Shown one piece after another: positions 9,261-18,332 of a DNA stretch of 64,000 nucleotides; within the stretch, counting starts at the first letter, position 1, and each line of letters opens with the position of its first letter. Location: assembly GCA_004553485.1 (NCBI GenBank), contig SFLG01000005.1, positions 6,412 to 70,411 on the forward strand, given 5' to 3'. The DNA is from Bacteroidales bacterium. GTDB lineage: Bacteria; Bacteroidota; Bacteroidia; Bacteroidales; Muribaculaceae. The position numbers and the translations under genes were made by a program. The notes beneath the pieces were generated by a model. It was given only the letters and a program-made list of their open reading frames with translations, had not been told where the DNA came from and made no database searches.

Positions 9261-9823
9261 TTAGTAGATGACAAAATTGAGTTTTGTCGGTTATATTTCT
9301 GATTTTTAATTATTTACATCTTGCGAAAGGCCCTAAAACTTAGTAACTTTAAAGAAAAGTTTAGCCGCTTTTTCCATGAAAGTTACGACAACTACCGGGG
9401 ACTGCGACAAAGTTAATCAAATCGTCCCGATTATGCAAGAGCATCTTGGCCCGGTAACAAATTTAGCTCGCATAAAATTGCTTGCGTTTGTACTTCACGC
9501 CCTTTGTGTCGTGCAGACGATCTGCCTGCACAAGATTGCGTCTGCGATGCCCACGAGCGTTGAACGTGATTCCAATCTGAGGCGCGTACAGAGATTTCTT
9601 GCCGGATATGCTCTCAACCTTATCCTTATCTCCAAAGTGATATTTGCACTTCTGCCAGTCAAGACAGGACTGGTTCTGTGCCTCGATCGCACCTACTGGA
9701 AATTCGGTAAGGTCAACATCAATATCCTTATGCTTGGAGTGACATACAGGAGCGTTGCATTTCCTCTGCTTTTCACCATGCCTGACAAACGCGGCAATTC
9801 CAACCTTTTTTGTCATGTTCTTA
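9261..9823 (+). mobile_element. Internally deleted IS4-family insertion sequence remnant
   Basis: Imperfect 16-bp terminal inverted repeats ttagtagatgacaaaa (9261-9276) and ttttgtcatgttctta (9808-9823), low GC, enclosing a truncated transposase. Confidence 0.75.
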
Positions 9824-9846
9824 AATGTGTTTTATGTAATGTTTGA
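9376..9846 (+). pseudogene. Truncated IS4-family transposase
   Basis: NLARIK, SNLRRVQRF, LDRTYWKFG..NINILMLGV...VAFPL..KRGNSN; the reading frame runs into the right inverted repeat after only the first catalytic Asp. Confidence 0.85.
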
Positions 9847-10058
9847 GTCGTATGTGCTGTATATCCTGAATGGTATCACACATAAAACACCGGAAGGCAC
9901 GCAATGGTTCGCACCCGCACGGCTGGCAAAACATTTTGTTACGTCATTTTCGATTTATTAACCACAGGCAAATTTGACGGACAGCATGTTTGCGGGTCTA
10001 TATTTACGTAAACGCGAAACAAACCGATCGTCATCAACCTCAAAATATACGGCAAAGC

Positions 10059-10610
10059 ATGACCCACAGCCGGGACAGACATATCATCCGCACGATGTCG
10101 AAAGACGTGGAAAAAGGGTTCGGCCTGCTTATGGCACGGTTCAGGGAGCCGATCTACTGGCACATCCGCCGCCTGGTGGTGAGCCACGACGACGCCCAGG
10201 ACGCCGCCCAGGAGACCTTCATCCGCATCTTCAAAAGCATCGGACAGCTCAACGACGACTCGTCGCTGTCGGCATGGGTCTACCGCATCGCCACCAACGA
10301 GGCCCTGCGTCTGCTCGACCGCAACAAGACCGCCAACCTGTCTATCGACGCGGCGGACGGCGAAAGCTTCTTCAACCTCCACGCCGACGAGTATGTCGAC
10401 TACGACGACGCCGTGACGGTGAAGCTGCAACAGGCCGTGCTCTCGCTGCCCACCAAGCAGCAGCTCGCCTTCAACATGCGGTACTACGACGGGCTGGAAT
10501 ATGACGAGATAGCTCGCATCCTCGACTCGACTGAGAGCAGCGTAAAGGCAAACTACAGCATTGCCAAACAAAAGATTATAAAATACATGAACCTCGACAA
10601 CCGGGACTAA
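10059..10610 (+). CDS. ECF RNA polymerase sigma-70 factor
   Basis: Region 2 DAQDAAQETFIR..LSAWVYRIATNEAL; region 4 LPTKQQLAF...YDEIARIL. Start taken at ATG 10059. Confidence 0.93.
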   Translation: MTHSRDRHIIRTMSKDVEKGFGLLMARFREPIYWHIRRLVVSHDDAQDAAQETFIRIFKSIGQLNDDSSLSAWVYRIATNEALRLLDRNKTANLSIDAADGESFFNLHADEYVDYDDAVTVKLQQAVLSLPTKQQLAFNMRYYDGLEYDEIARILDSTESSVKANYSIAKQKIIKYMNLDNRD

Positions 10611-10613
10611 GAT

Positions 10614-11006
10614 ATGAAAGAGAATTTCGATTTTGACAAAATAGGGAGACGGATGCCCTACAAGGCTCCCGCCAACCACCTCGACAAGCTGCAGGCCGAC
10701 GTGTTCTCGCAGTTAGGATTGTCCCCGAAGCCGGAGCGCAGCCGTCCGCGCCCGATTTTCCGCCGGCTCGTCTTTCCCGTCACCGGAGCGCTGGTCGCCG
10801 CCTCTGTCGCCGCCGTCGTCTTCTTCAACGCCGAGCAACAGCCGCTGCAGAAACCGGTGCAGCAGCCCGCGCCGAAGACCGAGACTGCCGACGTCAAGAT
10901 AGAGCAGGTCGACCGTGCCTTCTACAACCTCGACGCCGCCGACCGCGAGTACCTGCTGTCGGTTTACCAGAACGACTTATTTTTAAACGAACAAAACGAA
11001 CAATAA
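10614..11006 (+). CDS. Putative anti-sigma factor (single transmembrane helix)
   Basis: IGRRMPYKAP N-terminus, one TM with AASVA, directly after the ECF sigma. Confidence 0.7.
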   Translation: MKENFDFDKIGRRMPYKAPANHLDKLQADVFSQLGLSPKPERSRPRPIFRRLVFPVTGALVAASVAAVVFFNAEQQPLQKPVQQPAPKTETADVKIEQVDRAFYNLDAADREYLLSVYQNDLFLNEQNEQ

Positions 11007-11018
11007 CGCTTTACAATT

Positions 11019-11579
11019 ATGAAGAATTTTATCCGTATAATCATGCTCACCTTGCTGGTGACAGCGACCGCCATGTCGGCATCCGCACAGAAGAACAAAA
11101 AGGGTAAGGACCGCCGCCACGTCTCGCGCGAGCAGCTTGCCGAAACACAGGCCAAATACATCGCCGACGAGCTGGCTTTTGACCAGGCCACGACAACCAA
11201 ATTCGTCAGCACCTTCTGCAACTTTCAGAAGGAGATGTGGGCCCTCGGCCCCCGTCCCAAGCCTCAGGGAGCAGGCACAGAGGAGGAGTCGAAAAAGTCA
11301 ATCGAGTCGTCTTTCGACCACAGCCAGAAATTCCTCGACCTGCGTCGCAAATATTACAAGGAATACAGCAAATTCCTGACGCAGAAGCAAATCGAACGGG
11401 TGTACGAGCTTGAGATGAAGATGATGAAGCACCTCGGCCGTGGCCAAGGCGACAAGGGCGACCGTCCCAAATCGAAGGCCTCGAAAAAGCGCCCCAACCG
11501 TCAGAAGCGCTACCGGCGCAGCTGTCCTCCCGGCCCCTGCCCCGTCGACTCAGCTGCTACGCCCAACGCCGCCAACTGA
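11019..11579 (+). CDS. Secreted helical protein (Spy/CpxP-like or DUF4890-like)
   Basis: Signal peptide, EYSKFLTQKQIERVYE motif; third gene of the ECF trio. Confidence 0.7.
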   Translation: MKNFIRIIMLTLLVTATAMSASAQKNKKGKDRRHVSREQLAETQAKYIADELAFDQATTTKFVSTFCNFQKEMWALGPRPKPQGAGTEEESKKSIESSFDHSQKFLDLRRKYYKEYSKFLTQKQIERVYELEMKMMKHLGRGQGDKGDRPKSKASKKRPNRQKRYRRSCPPGPCPVDSAATPNAAN

Positions 11580-11722
11580 GGCACGGGCGACGCAGAGGCA
11601 GAAGCCCGGCGACGTTAACAAAATTTGGAGTGGGTGAGCAAATTTGTTGCGCACGGCACGAGCTACCTTTGTCGTGCAAACAAAAAACACGACAAACCAA
11701 CAAATACCCTACCCCGATCATT

Positions 11723-11944
11723 ATGAACCAGACTGTTGTTTTTACCGCCGACGTACTGCGCGCCCTCAACGGACTGCCCGAGGAAGAGCGCATCTCAGTA
11801 ACCAATGCCTTAGTGAGCAATTTCCTGCTCGGACGCGACATCACCTCCACCCTCTCGGGCATCAGCGCCACCGTCTACGCCCTGCTCAACTGCTCGGTGA
11901 ACCGAGCCAGCCGCCGCTATCGCGACGCGGTATCCGAACAATAA
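11723..11944 (+). CDS. Small hypothetical protein (73 aa; DUF6291-like pattern)
   Basis: ATG after an AT-rich leader, own TACCTTTG promoter (11664-11671) and terminator; host-like codon usage. Confidence 0.75.
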   Translation: MNQTVVFTADVLRALNGLPEEERISVTNALVSNFLLGRDITSTLSGISATVYALLNCSVNRASRRYRDAVSEQ

Positions 11945-11959
11945 CAACGTTATAGTCAC

Positions 11960-12004
11960 AAAGGCGCCGCCGGTCCTGTCAACAAGGGCCGGCGGCGCTT
12001 TTTA
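11960..12004. terminator. Bidirectional intrinsic terminator
   Basis: aaggcgccgccggtcct...agggccggcggcgcttttt. Confidence 0.85.
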
Positions 12005-12017
12005 TGGGTTGCCCGGT

Positions 12018-12659
12018 TTATTTATTGCGATACTGAGGCAGCAGGGGCACCGGGAAGCGCGAGAAGAGCGTCTCCACGGCCTCGCTGATTTCCTTGAGGT
12101 TGCGGAACTGCCCCTCGCCGTTCATCACTGTGCCGGCCGATGCCGAGTAGAGGGCTATCTTGCGCTTCATGTCAACAAAGTCCATCGTCAGCACGCCCTC
12201 GCGGTAAATGCCGGTGATGACCAGAGCGTTGGGGTTGTAGTAGCCCGGCCAGTAGTATCCGCGGGGATACATAAACCAGGGGCTGTAGCCGCCGTAGTAC
12301 GGGCCGTAATAGGGCCACGGGCCATCGTAGCCGGCCGGGAAGGCCGGCTCGGTCTCTATCTCGCGCTGAACAGTGATGCCGATGTTGATGAGCAGCGGCG
12401 AGTTGGGGTCCTCGGTAAATCCGCGCATCAGCATCTCGTTGCGGATGCCCTGGGCGATGTTGTAGTAGGTCACCATCTCCATGCCCGGCGGCAGCTTGTT
12501 GTCGGCATCGGGTGTGACGATACGGAAGGTCTTGTAATCGGCCAGGTCGGCACCGTTATACGTCTCCGAGTTGACCAGGATGAAAGGGCTGCAGCCCGTG
12601 AGCGATAGCACAAAAGCGGCCAAAACGCCCAATAGTCCCAATTTTACGATATTCTTCAT
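12018..12659 (-). CDS. DUF4136 family lipoprotein
   Basis: Lipobox LTGC, DLADYKTF, Y/G/P-rich loop, YREGVLTMDFVD. Confidence 0.85.
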   Translation of the reverse strand: MKNIVKLGLLGVLAAFVLSLTGCSPFILVNSETYNGADLADYKTFRIVTPDADNKLPPGMEMVTYYNIAQGIRNEMLMRGFTEDPNSPLLINIGITVQREIETEPAFPAGYDGPWPYYGPYYGGYSPWFMYPRGYYWPGYYNPNALVITGIYREGVLTMDFVDMKRKIALYSASAGTVMNGEGQFRNLKEISEAVETLFSRFPVPLLPQYRNK

Positions 12660-12831
12660 AGTAGCTGAGAGTTTGATGTTCTTTCATTATAACATCCGGG
12701 GCAAACCGATGGTTTAACTATTTATAACTATACATTTGTAGTGCTTTTCATATAATAGGTGTATCTTTGAACGCGTTATATATATGAAATAATAATTTGA
12801 AGAGACTAACGCACCGTCATATTGTTTCAAG

Positions 12832-13080
12832 ATGGACAACTATCCGGAGATAACCGAGTACTTCAACACACTTATTGAGAACAGCCGCAGCATCGATCTG
12901 GCCGAAGCAGAGTTCAAACGTATAATTTCGGACGACCCCAAGCTGAAAGAGCTTTACCGCGACTGGTGCCATGAAAACGGGCACAGCTCGCGCGACGGCT
13001 TCCGCGATTATGCCGAAGAATATCTCGACAACACCGACGAGGTATGGGACACCCTTAACGACTACGACGAAGATGAGTGA
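12832..13080 (+). CDS. Small acidic hypothetical protein (82 aa)
   Basis: TATCTTTG promoter near 12762; stop overlaps the next start (ATGAGTGA). Confidence 0.8.
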   Translation: MDNYPEITEYFNTLIENSRSIDLAEAEFKRIISDDPKLKELYRDWCHENGHSSRDGFRDYAEEYLDNTDEVWDTLNDYDEDE

Positions 13081-14128
13081 CCAGACAATGCGCCATCGCC
13101 TGCCGGCCGAGTGGGAGCCGTGCCGGGCTGTTTTGATTGCATGGCCCCACGCCGACACCGACTGGGCCTACATGCTTGACGAGGTCGAGCAGTGCTACCT
13201 CGACCTGGCACAGGCTATTGTCGAATTTGCCGACCTGATTGTGGTGACGCCTCAGCCCGGACATGTCGAGTCGAAGCTGCGTGCGCGCCTCGGCGACCGC
13301 CTCTGCCGCGTTACCCTGGCCGAGGAGAAGACCAACGACACATGGACGCGCGACTACGGCCCCATCAGCACCGTCACCGTCGGCGACGACGGCACGGACG
13401 GCAAGGTCGTGCTCAACGACTTCTGCTTCAACGGCTGGGGCCTCAAATATGCCGCCGACCGCGACAACCTCGTCACCCGCAAGCTCATTTTTGACGAAAT
13501 CCTGGGACGCGACGCACGCTACCGCAACGAGCTGAGCTTTGTGCTCGAGGGCGGGTCGATAGAGAGCGACGGCAAGGGCACCCTGCTCACCACACGCCGC
13601 TGCCTGCTGTCGCCCAACCGCAACGGCGGCCTCTCCCGTCACGAGATAAGCCGCCACCTCAAGGACGTCCTTGGCGTGACAAAAATACACTGGCTCGACC
13701 ACGGCGCCCTCGAAGGCGACGACACCGACAGCCACATCGACACGCTGGCCCGTCTTGCCCCCGACGACACCATCATCTACACCGGATGCGAAAATCCGGC
13801 CGACACACACTATGGCGAGCTGGCCGCCATGCGCGACGAGCTGCGCGCCCTGCGCACCGCCGACGGCCGGCCCTTCAACCTCATCGAGCTGCCACTGCCG
13901 GCCGCCATCCACGACACCGACAACGAGCGCCTGCCCGCCACCTACGCCAACTACCTTGTTGTCAACGACGGCGTGCTCGTGCCCTCGTACGGACAGCCCA
14001 AGACCGACCTGCTTGCCTCGCTGATGATAGGCTCGGCCTATCCCGGCAAAAAGGTGGTGCAGGTAGACTGCCGCGCTCTCATCCGCCAACACGGCTCGCT
14101 GCACTGCGCGACAATGCAAATTCTTTAA
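13073..14128 (+). CDS. aguA: Agmatine deiminase family protein
   Basis: RLPAEWEP, WPH, DTWTRDYGP, LEGGSIESDG, DDTDSHIDT, PATYAN, GSLHCATMQ. Confidence 0.93.
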   Translation: MSDQTMRHRLPAEWEPCRAVLIAWPHADTDWAYMLDEVEQCYLDLAQAIVEFADLIVVTPQPGHVESKLRARLGDRLCRVTLAEEKTNDTWTRDYGPISTVTVGDDGTDGKVVLNDFCFNGWGLKYAADRDNLVTRKLIFDEILGRDARYRNELSFVLEGGSIESDGKGTLLTTRRCLLSPNRNGGLSRHEISRHLKDVLGVTKIHWLDHGALEGDDTDSHIDTLARLAPDDTIIYTGCENPADTHYGELAAMRDELRALRTADGRPFNLIELPLPAAIHDTDNERLPATYANYLVVNDGVLVPSYGQPKTDLLASLMIGSAYPGKKVVQVDCRALIRQHGSLHCATMQIL

Positions 14129-14149
14129 CAGGAATTGGTTACACAACTT

Positions 14150-15025
14150 ATGAAAACAGGAATAATACAGCATAAAATCACAGCCGACCGCGAGGGCAAC
14201 CGTTCGCGGCTGGCGCAGGCGGTGAAGCGCGTCGCCGACAAGGGCGCCGAGCTCGTCGTCCTGCAGGAACTTCACGACAGCCTCTACTTCTGCCAGACCG
14301 AAAACGTCGACAACTGCGACCTTGCCGTCACCATCCCCGGCGAGGCCACCGACTTCTACTCGGCCGTCGCCCGCGACAACGGCGTGGTGCTGGTGACGTC
14401 GCTGTTCGAGCGCCGGGCTCCCGGCCTTTACCACAACACCGCCGTCGTGTTCGACAAAGACGGCTCAATCGCCGGCAAATACCGCAAGATGCACATCCCC
14501 GACGACCCTGCCTATTACGAGAAATTTTACTTCACCCCCGGCGATCTCGGCTTCAGCCCCATACAGACCTCGGTGGGCAAATTAGGCGTACTAGTATGCT
14601 GGGACCAATGGTACCCGGAGGCCGCGCGCCTGATGGCTCTGGCGGGTGCCGAGGTGCTAATCTACCCCACCGCCATCGGCTGGGAGAGCACCGACAGCGA
14701 CGGCGAGAAAGCCCGTCAGCGCGAGGCATGGACAACGGTGCAGCGCGGCCACGCCGTAGCCAACGGTCTGCCGGTTGTGACGGTGAACCGCGTGGGCTAC
14801 GAGGCCGACCCGTCGGGAAGCACCGGCGGCATCACCTTCTGGGGCTCAAGCTTTGTCGCCGGCCCGCAGGGCGAGCTCCTTTTCCGCGCCTCGGACAGGG
14901 AGGAGGCAGAGGAGGTGGTCGACATAGACATGACACGCTGCGAGAGCGTTCGCCGCTGGTGGCCCTTCCTGCGCGACCGCCGCATCGACGCATACTCCGG
15001 CCTGGTACGACGCTTTATCGACTGA
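14150..15025 (+). CDS. aguB: N-carbamoylputrescine amidohydrolase (carbon-nitrogen hydrolase)
   Basis: LQEL, YRKMHIPDDP.YYEKFYF, VCWDQWYPE catalytic triad motifs; adjacent to agmatine deiminase. Confidence 0.9.
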   Translation: MKTGIIQHKITADREGNRSRLAQAVKRVADKGAELVVLQELHDSLYFCQTENVDNCDLAVTIPGEATDFYSAVARDNGVVLVTSLFERRAPGLYHNTAVVFDKDGSIAGKYRKMHIPDDPAYYEKFYFTPGDLGFSPIQTSVGKLGVLVCWDQWYPEAARLMALAGAEVLIYPTAIGWESTDSDGEKARQREAWTTVQRGHAVANGLPVVTVNRVGYEADPSGSTGGITFWGSSFVAGPQGELLFRASDREEAEEVVDIDMTRCESVRRWWPFLRDRRIDAYSGLVRRFID

Positions 15026-15246
15026 GCGACGGCCCACAGCGCCACTGACACTCCACAGCAGGCGCCAATCAGCCACTATAGCTACCTTGGCTAATTCAGC
15101 AACTAAGCTATCCGGGATAAAAAAGCGACAATGGCCACTATAGCGGCTCCGGCTTGCCCGTTTGGGGCATATTTAGTACCTTTGCACAGTCAATTATTAT
15201 TTATACGACCCGAAAACAAACTTTTAACGAATAGAACAAGAAAAAA

Positions 15247-15993
15247 ATGAAATTACTTGAAGGAAAGACAGCTCTTATCACCGGTGCCGCCCGTGGCATC
15301 GGCAAGGCTCTGGCACTGCGTTTCGCCGCTGAAGGCGCCAACATCGCTTTCACCGACCTGGTAATCGACGAAAACGGCAAGAAGACTGAAGAAGAAATCG
15401 CCGCTTTCGGTGTCAAGGTAAAAGGCTACGCCTCAAACGCCGCCAACTTCGCCGAGACCGAGACTGTCGTCAATCAGGTCAAGGAGGATTTCGGCTCAAT
15501 CGACATCCTCGTCAACAACGCCGGCATCACCAAGGACGGCCTCATGCTTCGTATGACCGAGGCCCAGTGGGACGCCGTCATCGCCGTCAACCTCAAGAGC
15601 GCGTTCAACTTCATCCACGCCGCTCTGCCCATCATGATGCGCCAGCGTCACGGCTCGATCATCAACATGGCATCCGTAGTAGGTGTGCACGGCAACGCCG
15701 GCCAGGCCAACTACGCCGCCTCAAAGGCCGGCCTCATCGCCCTGGCCAAGTCCATCGCCCAGGAGGTAGGCTCGCGCGGCATCCGTGCCAACGCCATCGC
15801 CCCCGGCTTCATCGAGACCGCCATGACCGCCGCCCTCCCCGACAACGTCCGTGAGGAGTGGGTAAAGAAAATCCCCCTGCGTCGCGGCGGACAGGTCGAC
15901 GACATCGCCAACGTGGCAGTGTTCCTGGCAAGCGATATGTCGAGCTACGTCACCGGCCAGGTCATCCAGGTCGACGGCGGCATGAACATGTAA
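15247..15993 (+). CDS. fabG: 3-oxoacyl-ACP reductase
   Basis: TGAARGIG, NNAGITKD, GNAGQANYAASK, VDGGM. Confidence 0.96.
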   Translation: MKLLEGKTALITGAARGIGKALALRFAAEGANIAFTDLVIDENGKKTEEEIAAFGVKVKGYASNAANFAETETVVNQVKEDFGSIDILVNNAGITKDGLMLRMTEAQWDAVIAVNLKSAFNFIHAALPIMMRQRHGSIINMASVVGVHGNAGQANYAASKAGLIALAKSIAQEVGSRGIRANAIAPGFIETAMTAALPDNVREEWVKKIPLRRGGQVDDIANVAVFLASDMSSYVTGQVIQVDGGMNM

Positions 15994-16009
15994 TTTCCCT
16001 GAACCTACA

Positions 16010-16040
16010 GGCAGACTCCGGGTACGGCCCGGAGTCTGTC
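16010..16040 (+). terminator. Stable hairpin after fabG
   Basis: ggcagactccggg-tacgg-cccggagtctgtc; U tract is weak. Confidence 0.55.
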
Positions 16041-16062
16041 ATTATAAAACCGTTACCCCGAT

Positions 16063-16665
16063 ATGGACAACGATCACAACCACCTGCCGTACAACACCAA
16101 GCTCAAGAAGCTCGTTCTGCCCGAATACGGCCGCAATATCCAGAATATGGTAGACTACTGCATGACGCTGGAGGACAAGGACGAGCGCACACGCTGCGCC
16201 CACGCCATCGTGCGGTCGATGGAGATTCTCTTTCCCACGCAGAAAGGCGAGGACGGCGAAAGCCGCAAGTTCTGGGACCACCTGGCCCTGATGAGCAACT
16301 TCGAGCTTGACATCGACTGGCCCGTCGACGTCATCCGCCCCGAGGACATCGCCGAGACGCCCGACCTGCTCCCCTACGACGTCAACAACGTCAAGCGCCG
16401 CCAGTACGGTGCCCTGGTGGAGAACATGGTGGCCATCGCCGCCGAGATGCCAGAGGGCGACGACCGCGACGCTCTGGTGGCCCTGCTGGCAAGCCAGATG
16501 AAGAAGGTGCTGCTCAACGACCAGCGCGACGACATCACCGACGAGCGCATCTACAAGGACATCTACGAAATGTCCGACGGCCGCATACGCATCGACAGCG
16601 GCAACTGCCCGCTGGCCGAATTCAACGTGGTGCAGCCCGTCGGCAAGAAAAAGAAAAAGAAGTAA
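16063..16665 (+). CDS. DUF4290 family protein
   Basis: YNTKLKKLVLPEYGRNIQNMVD, WDHLALMSNFELDID. Confidence 0.92.
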   Translation: MDNDHNHLPYNTKLKKLVLPEYGRNIQNMVDYCMTLEDKDERTRCAHAIVRSMEILFPTQKGEDGESRKFWDHLALMSNFELDIDWPVDVIRPEDIAETPDLLPYDVNNVKRRQYGALVENMVAIAAEMPEGDDRDALVALLASQMKKVLLNDQRDDITDERIYKDIYEMSDGRIRIDSGNCPLAEFNVVQPVGKKKKKK

Positions 16666-16675
16666 GGCAGACAGG

Positions 16676-17209
16676 ATGAACGGCTACCTCAAATCAGACA
16701 ACCTAACGGCAATAGGCCGCGTGCAGCGCACCCACGGCATCAAGGGCGAGCTCAACATCGAGCTGTACGACCTCGACAAGGCCGTCCCCTCCGACTTTTC
16801 GTGCCTGATTTTTGACCTGGACGGCACCTTCGTCCCCTTCTTTGTCAGGGGCGAGCGCTCGCGCGGAGCAACGTCGTGCCTTGTCGAGCTCGAGGACGTC
16901 GACAGCGACACCGCCGCCGCTGCCTTTGTGGGCAAGGAGGTGTATGTGCTCAGCGACGAACTGGGCAAGGGTGACGGCGACGACGAATACCTCACGCTGG
17001 AGGACCTTGTCGGGTACCGCCTCTTCGACACGGACGGCACCCTCGTCGGCGCCATCTCGGGCATCGACGACACCACCGCCAACGTGCTCTTCGAGGTCGA
17101 GCGCCCCGACATGACAAGCATCCACGTGCCCGCCGCCGAGCCCCTCATCACCGACGTCGACCCCGAGGCGCGCACACTGACGATGAACCTGCCCACGGGC
17201 CTGTTTTAA
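16676..17209 (+). CDS. rimM: Ribosome maturation factor RimM
   Basis: IGRVQRTHGIKGEL, DLVGY, PRC-barrel end MNLPTGLF. Confidence 0.92.
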   Translation: MNGYLKSDNLTAIGRVQRTHGIKGELNIELYDLDKAVPSDFSCLIFDLDGTFVPFFVRGERSRGATSCLVELEDVDSDTAAAAFVGKEVYVLSDELGKGDGDDEYLTLEDLVGYRLFDTDGTLVGAISGIDDTTANVLFEVERPDMTSIHVPAAEPLITDVDPEARTLTMNLPTGLF

Positions 17210-17232
17210 TACCTTCTTTAATCAAGAATATT

Positions 17233-17547
17233 ATGGACTACAACGAAGACAGCGCGGTTGCATATATCCGCAAAAATGCCGCCACGACGCGCAAATACAG
17301 CGCCGACGATGTGCTCGAGATCATCGACATAATCTGGGACTACTACGAGGCCAAAGGATTGCTCTCGCTCGACTTTGACGAGGACGACAACAACGCCGAC
17401 GGGCCCGACATCGACGACCTCGTTGCCCACGCGCGCAAGGTTCTCGCCAAGGACAAAGGCACACGCATCCTGGCCGAGGACGTGCCCGCGCTGATACAGG
17501 CCGAGCTCGAATACGAGGCCGCGCTCGAGCAGGACGACGAAGAATAA
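17233..17547 (+). CDS. Conserved acidic hypothetical protein
   Basis: Operon position after rimM, host codon usage, IDIIWDYYE motif. Confidence 0.8.
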   Translation: MDYNEDSAVAYIRKNAATTRKYSADDVLEIIDIIWDYYEAKGLLSLDFDEDDNNADGPDIDDLVAHARKVLAKDKGTRILAEDVPALIQAELEYEAALEQDDEE

Positions 17548-17612
17548 CCCAGTTGCCCCACCCTCTCCCCTTACCGAACTTTTCCCGCTTATCCCACTCT
17601 CCCCCCCCCGAT

Positions 17613-18236
17613 ATGATAAACTTTGCACGACATACACGCCTTGCGGCGGTGGTACTTGCAGCCGGCCTCCTCTGTGCCGGCTCCCCGACGGCGTCGGCCG
17701 ACGAGAACGAAGGGCTGACCATCGACGAGCAGATTGCCCAGCCCGTAATTTCGGCCAAAGCCACGGCTCCCCTTGTGCGCCACTTCGAGCGCATGGGCAG
17801 CGTCTTTGACAAGCACGGACTGAAAACCGCCTACGAGCGCAAAGGTCAGGTGCTCTGCGTCACCATCCCCGCCTCCAAGCTTTTCGGCCCCAACGAGACG
17901 AAACTTTCCAAAGGCGCCTCGAAATACCTGTCGGCCTTCCGCGACCTGGTAAAGCTGCCGCAGTTCTACCGCGTCCTCGTGGTCGTGCACAGCGACAGCA
18001 CAGGCGACAAGACATACAGCGAAGAGCTGACACAGGACCGCGCATACAGCATCATCGAGTACTTCGAGAACTATCTGCACCGCGACGACCTCAACCTCAT
18101 ACCCTACGGCGTGGGCTACGAGGAGCCGCTGATGCCTGACACCTCCATCGGCAGCCGCGCCGCCAACCGCCGCGTCGACTTCTACATCATCCCCGAGCCC
18201 GACCTCATCGAACAGGCCCGCTCCGGCCACCTCTGA
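17613..18236 (+). CDS. OmpA C-terminal-domain protein (periplasmic)
   Basis: Signal peptide, VHSDSTG, LTQDRA, GVGYEEP, NRRVDFY. Confidence 0.85.
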   Translation: MINFARHTRLAAVVLAAGLLCAGSPTASADENEGLTIDEQIAQPVISAKATAPLVRHFERMGSVFDKHGLKTAYERKGQVLCVTIPASKLFGPNETKLSKGASKYLSAFRDLVKLPQFYRVLVVVHSDSTGDKTYSEELTQDRAYSIIEYFENYLHRDDLNLIPYGVGYEEPLMPDTSIGSRAANRRVDFYIIPEPDLIEQARSGHL

Positions 18237-18271
18237 CCCCCGTTACATCAAATTTGCAATCATACCCAAAC

Positions 18272-18310
18272 CAAAACAAGCCGGCTCGCTGGATGAGTCG
18301 GCTTGTTTTG
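18272..18310. terminator. Bidirectional intrinsic terminator
   Basis: caaaacaagccggctc...gagtcggcttgttttg. Confidence 0.85.
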
Positions 18311-18332
18311 TTACAGGTGGAAGGAAGGATGG

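Noticed and set aside
17601..17609. Poly-C tract before the OmpA-domain start as a phase-variation site
   Set aside because: It is outside the CDS and in a generally C-rich spacer, with no evidence of variation.
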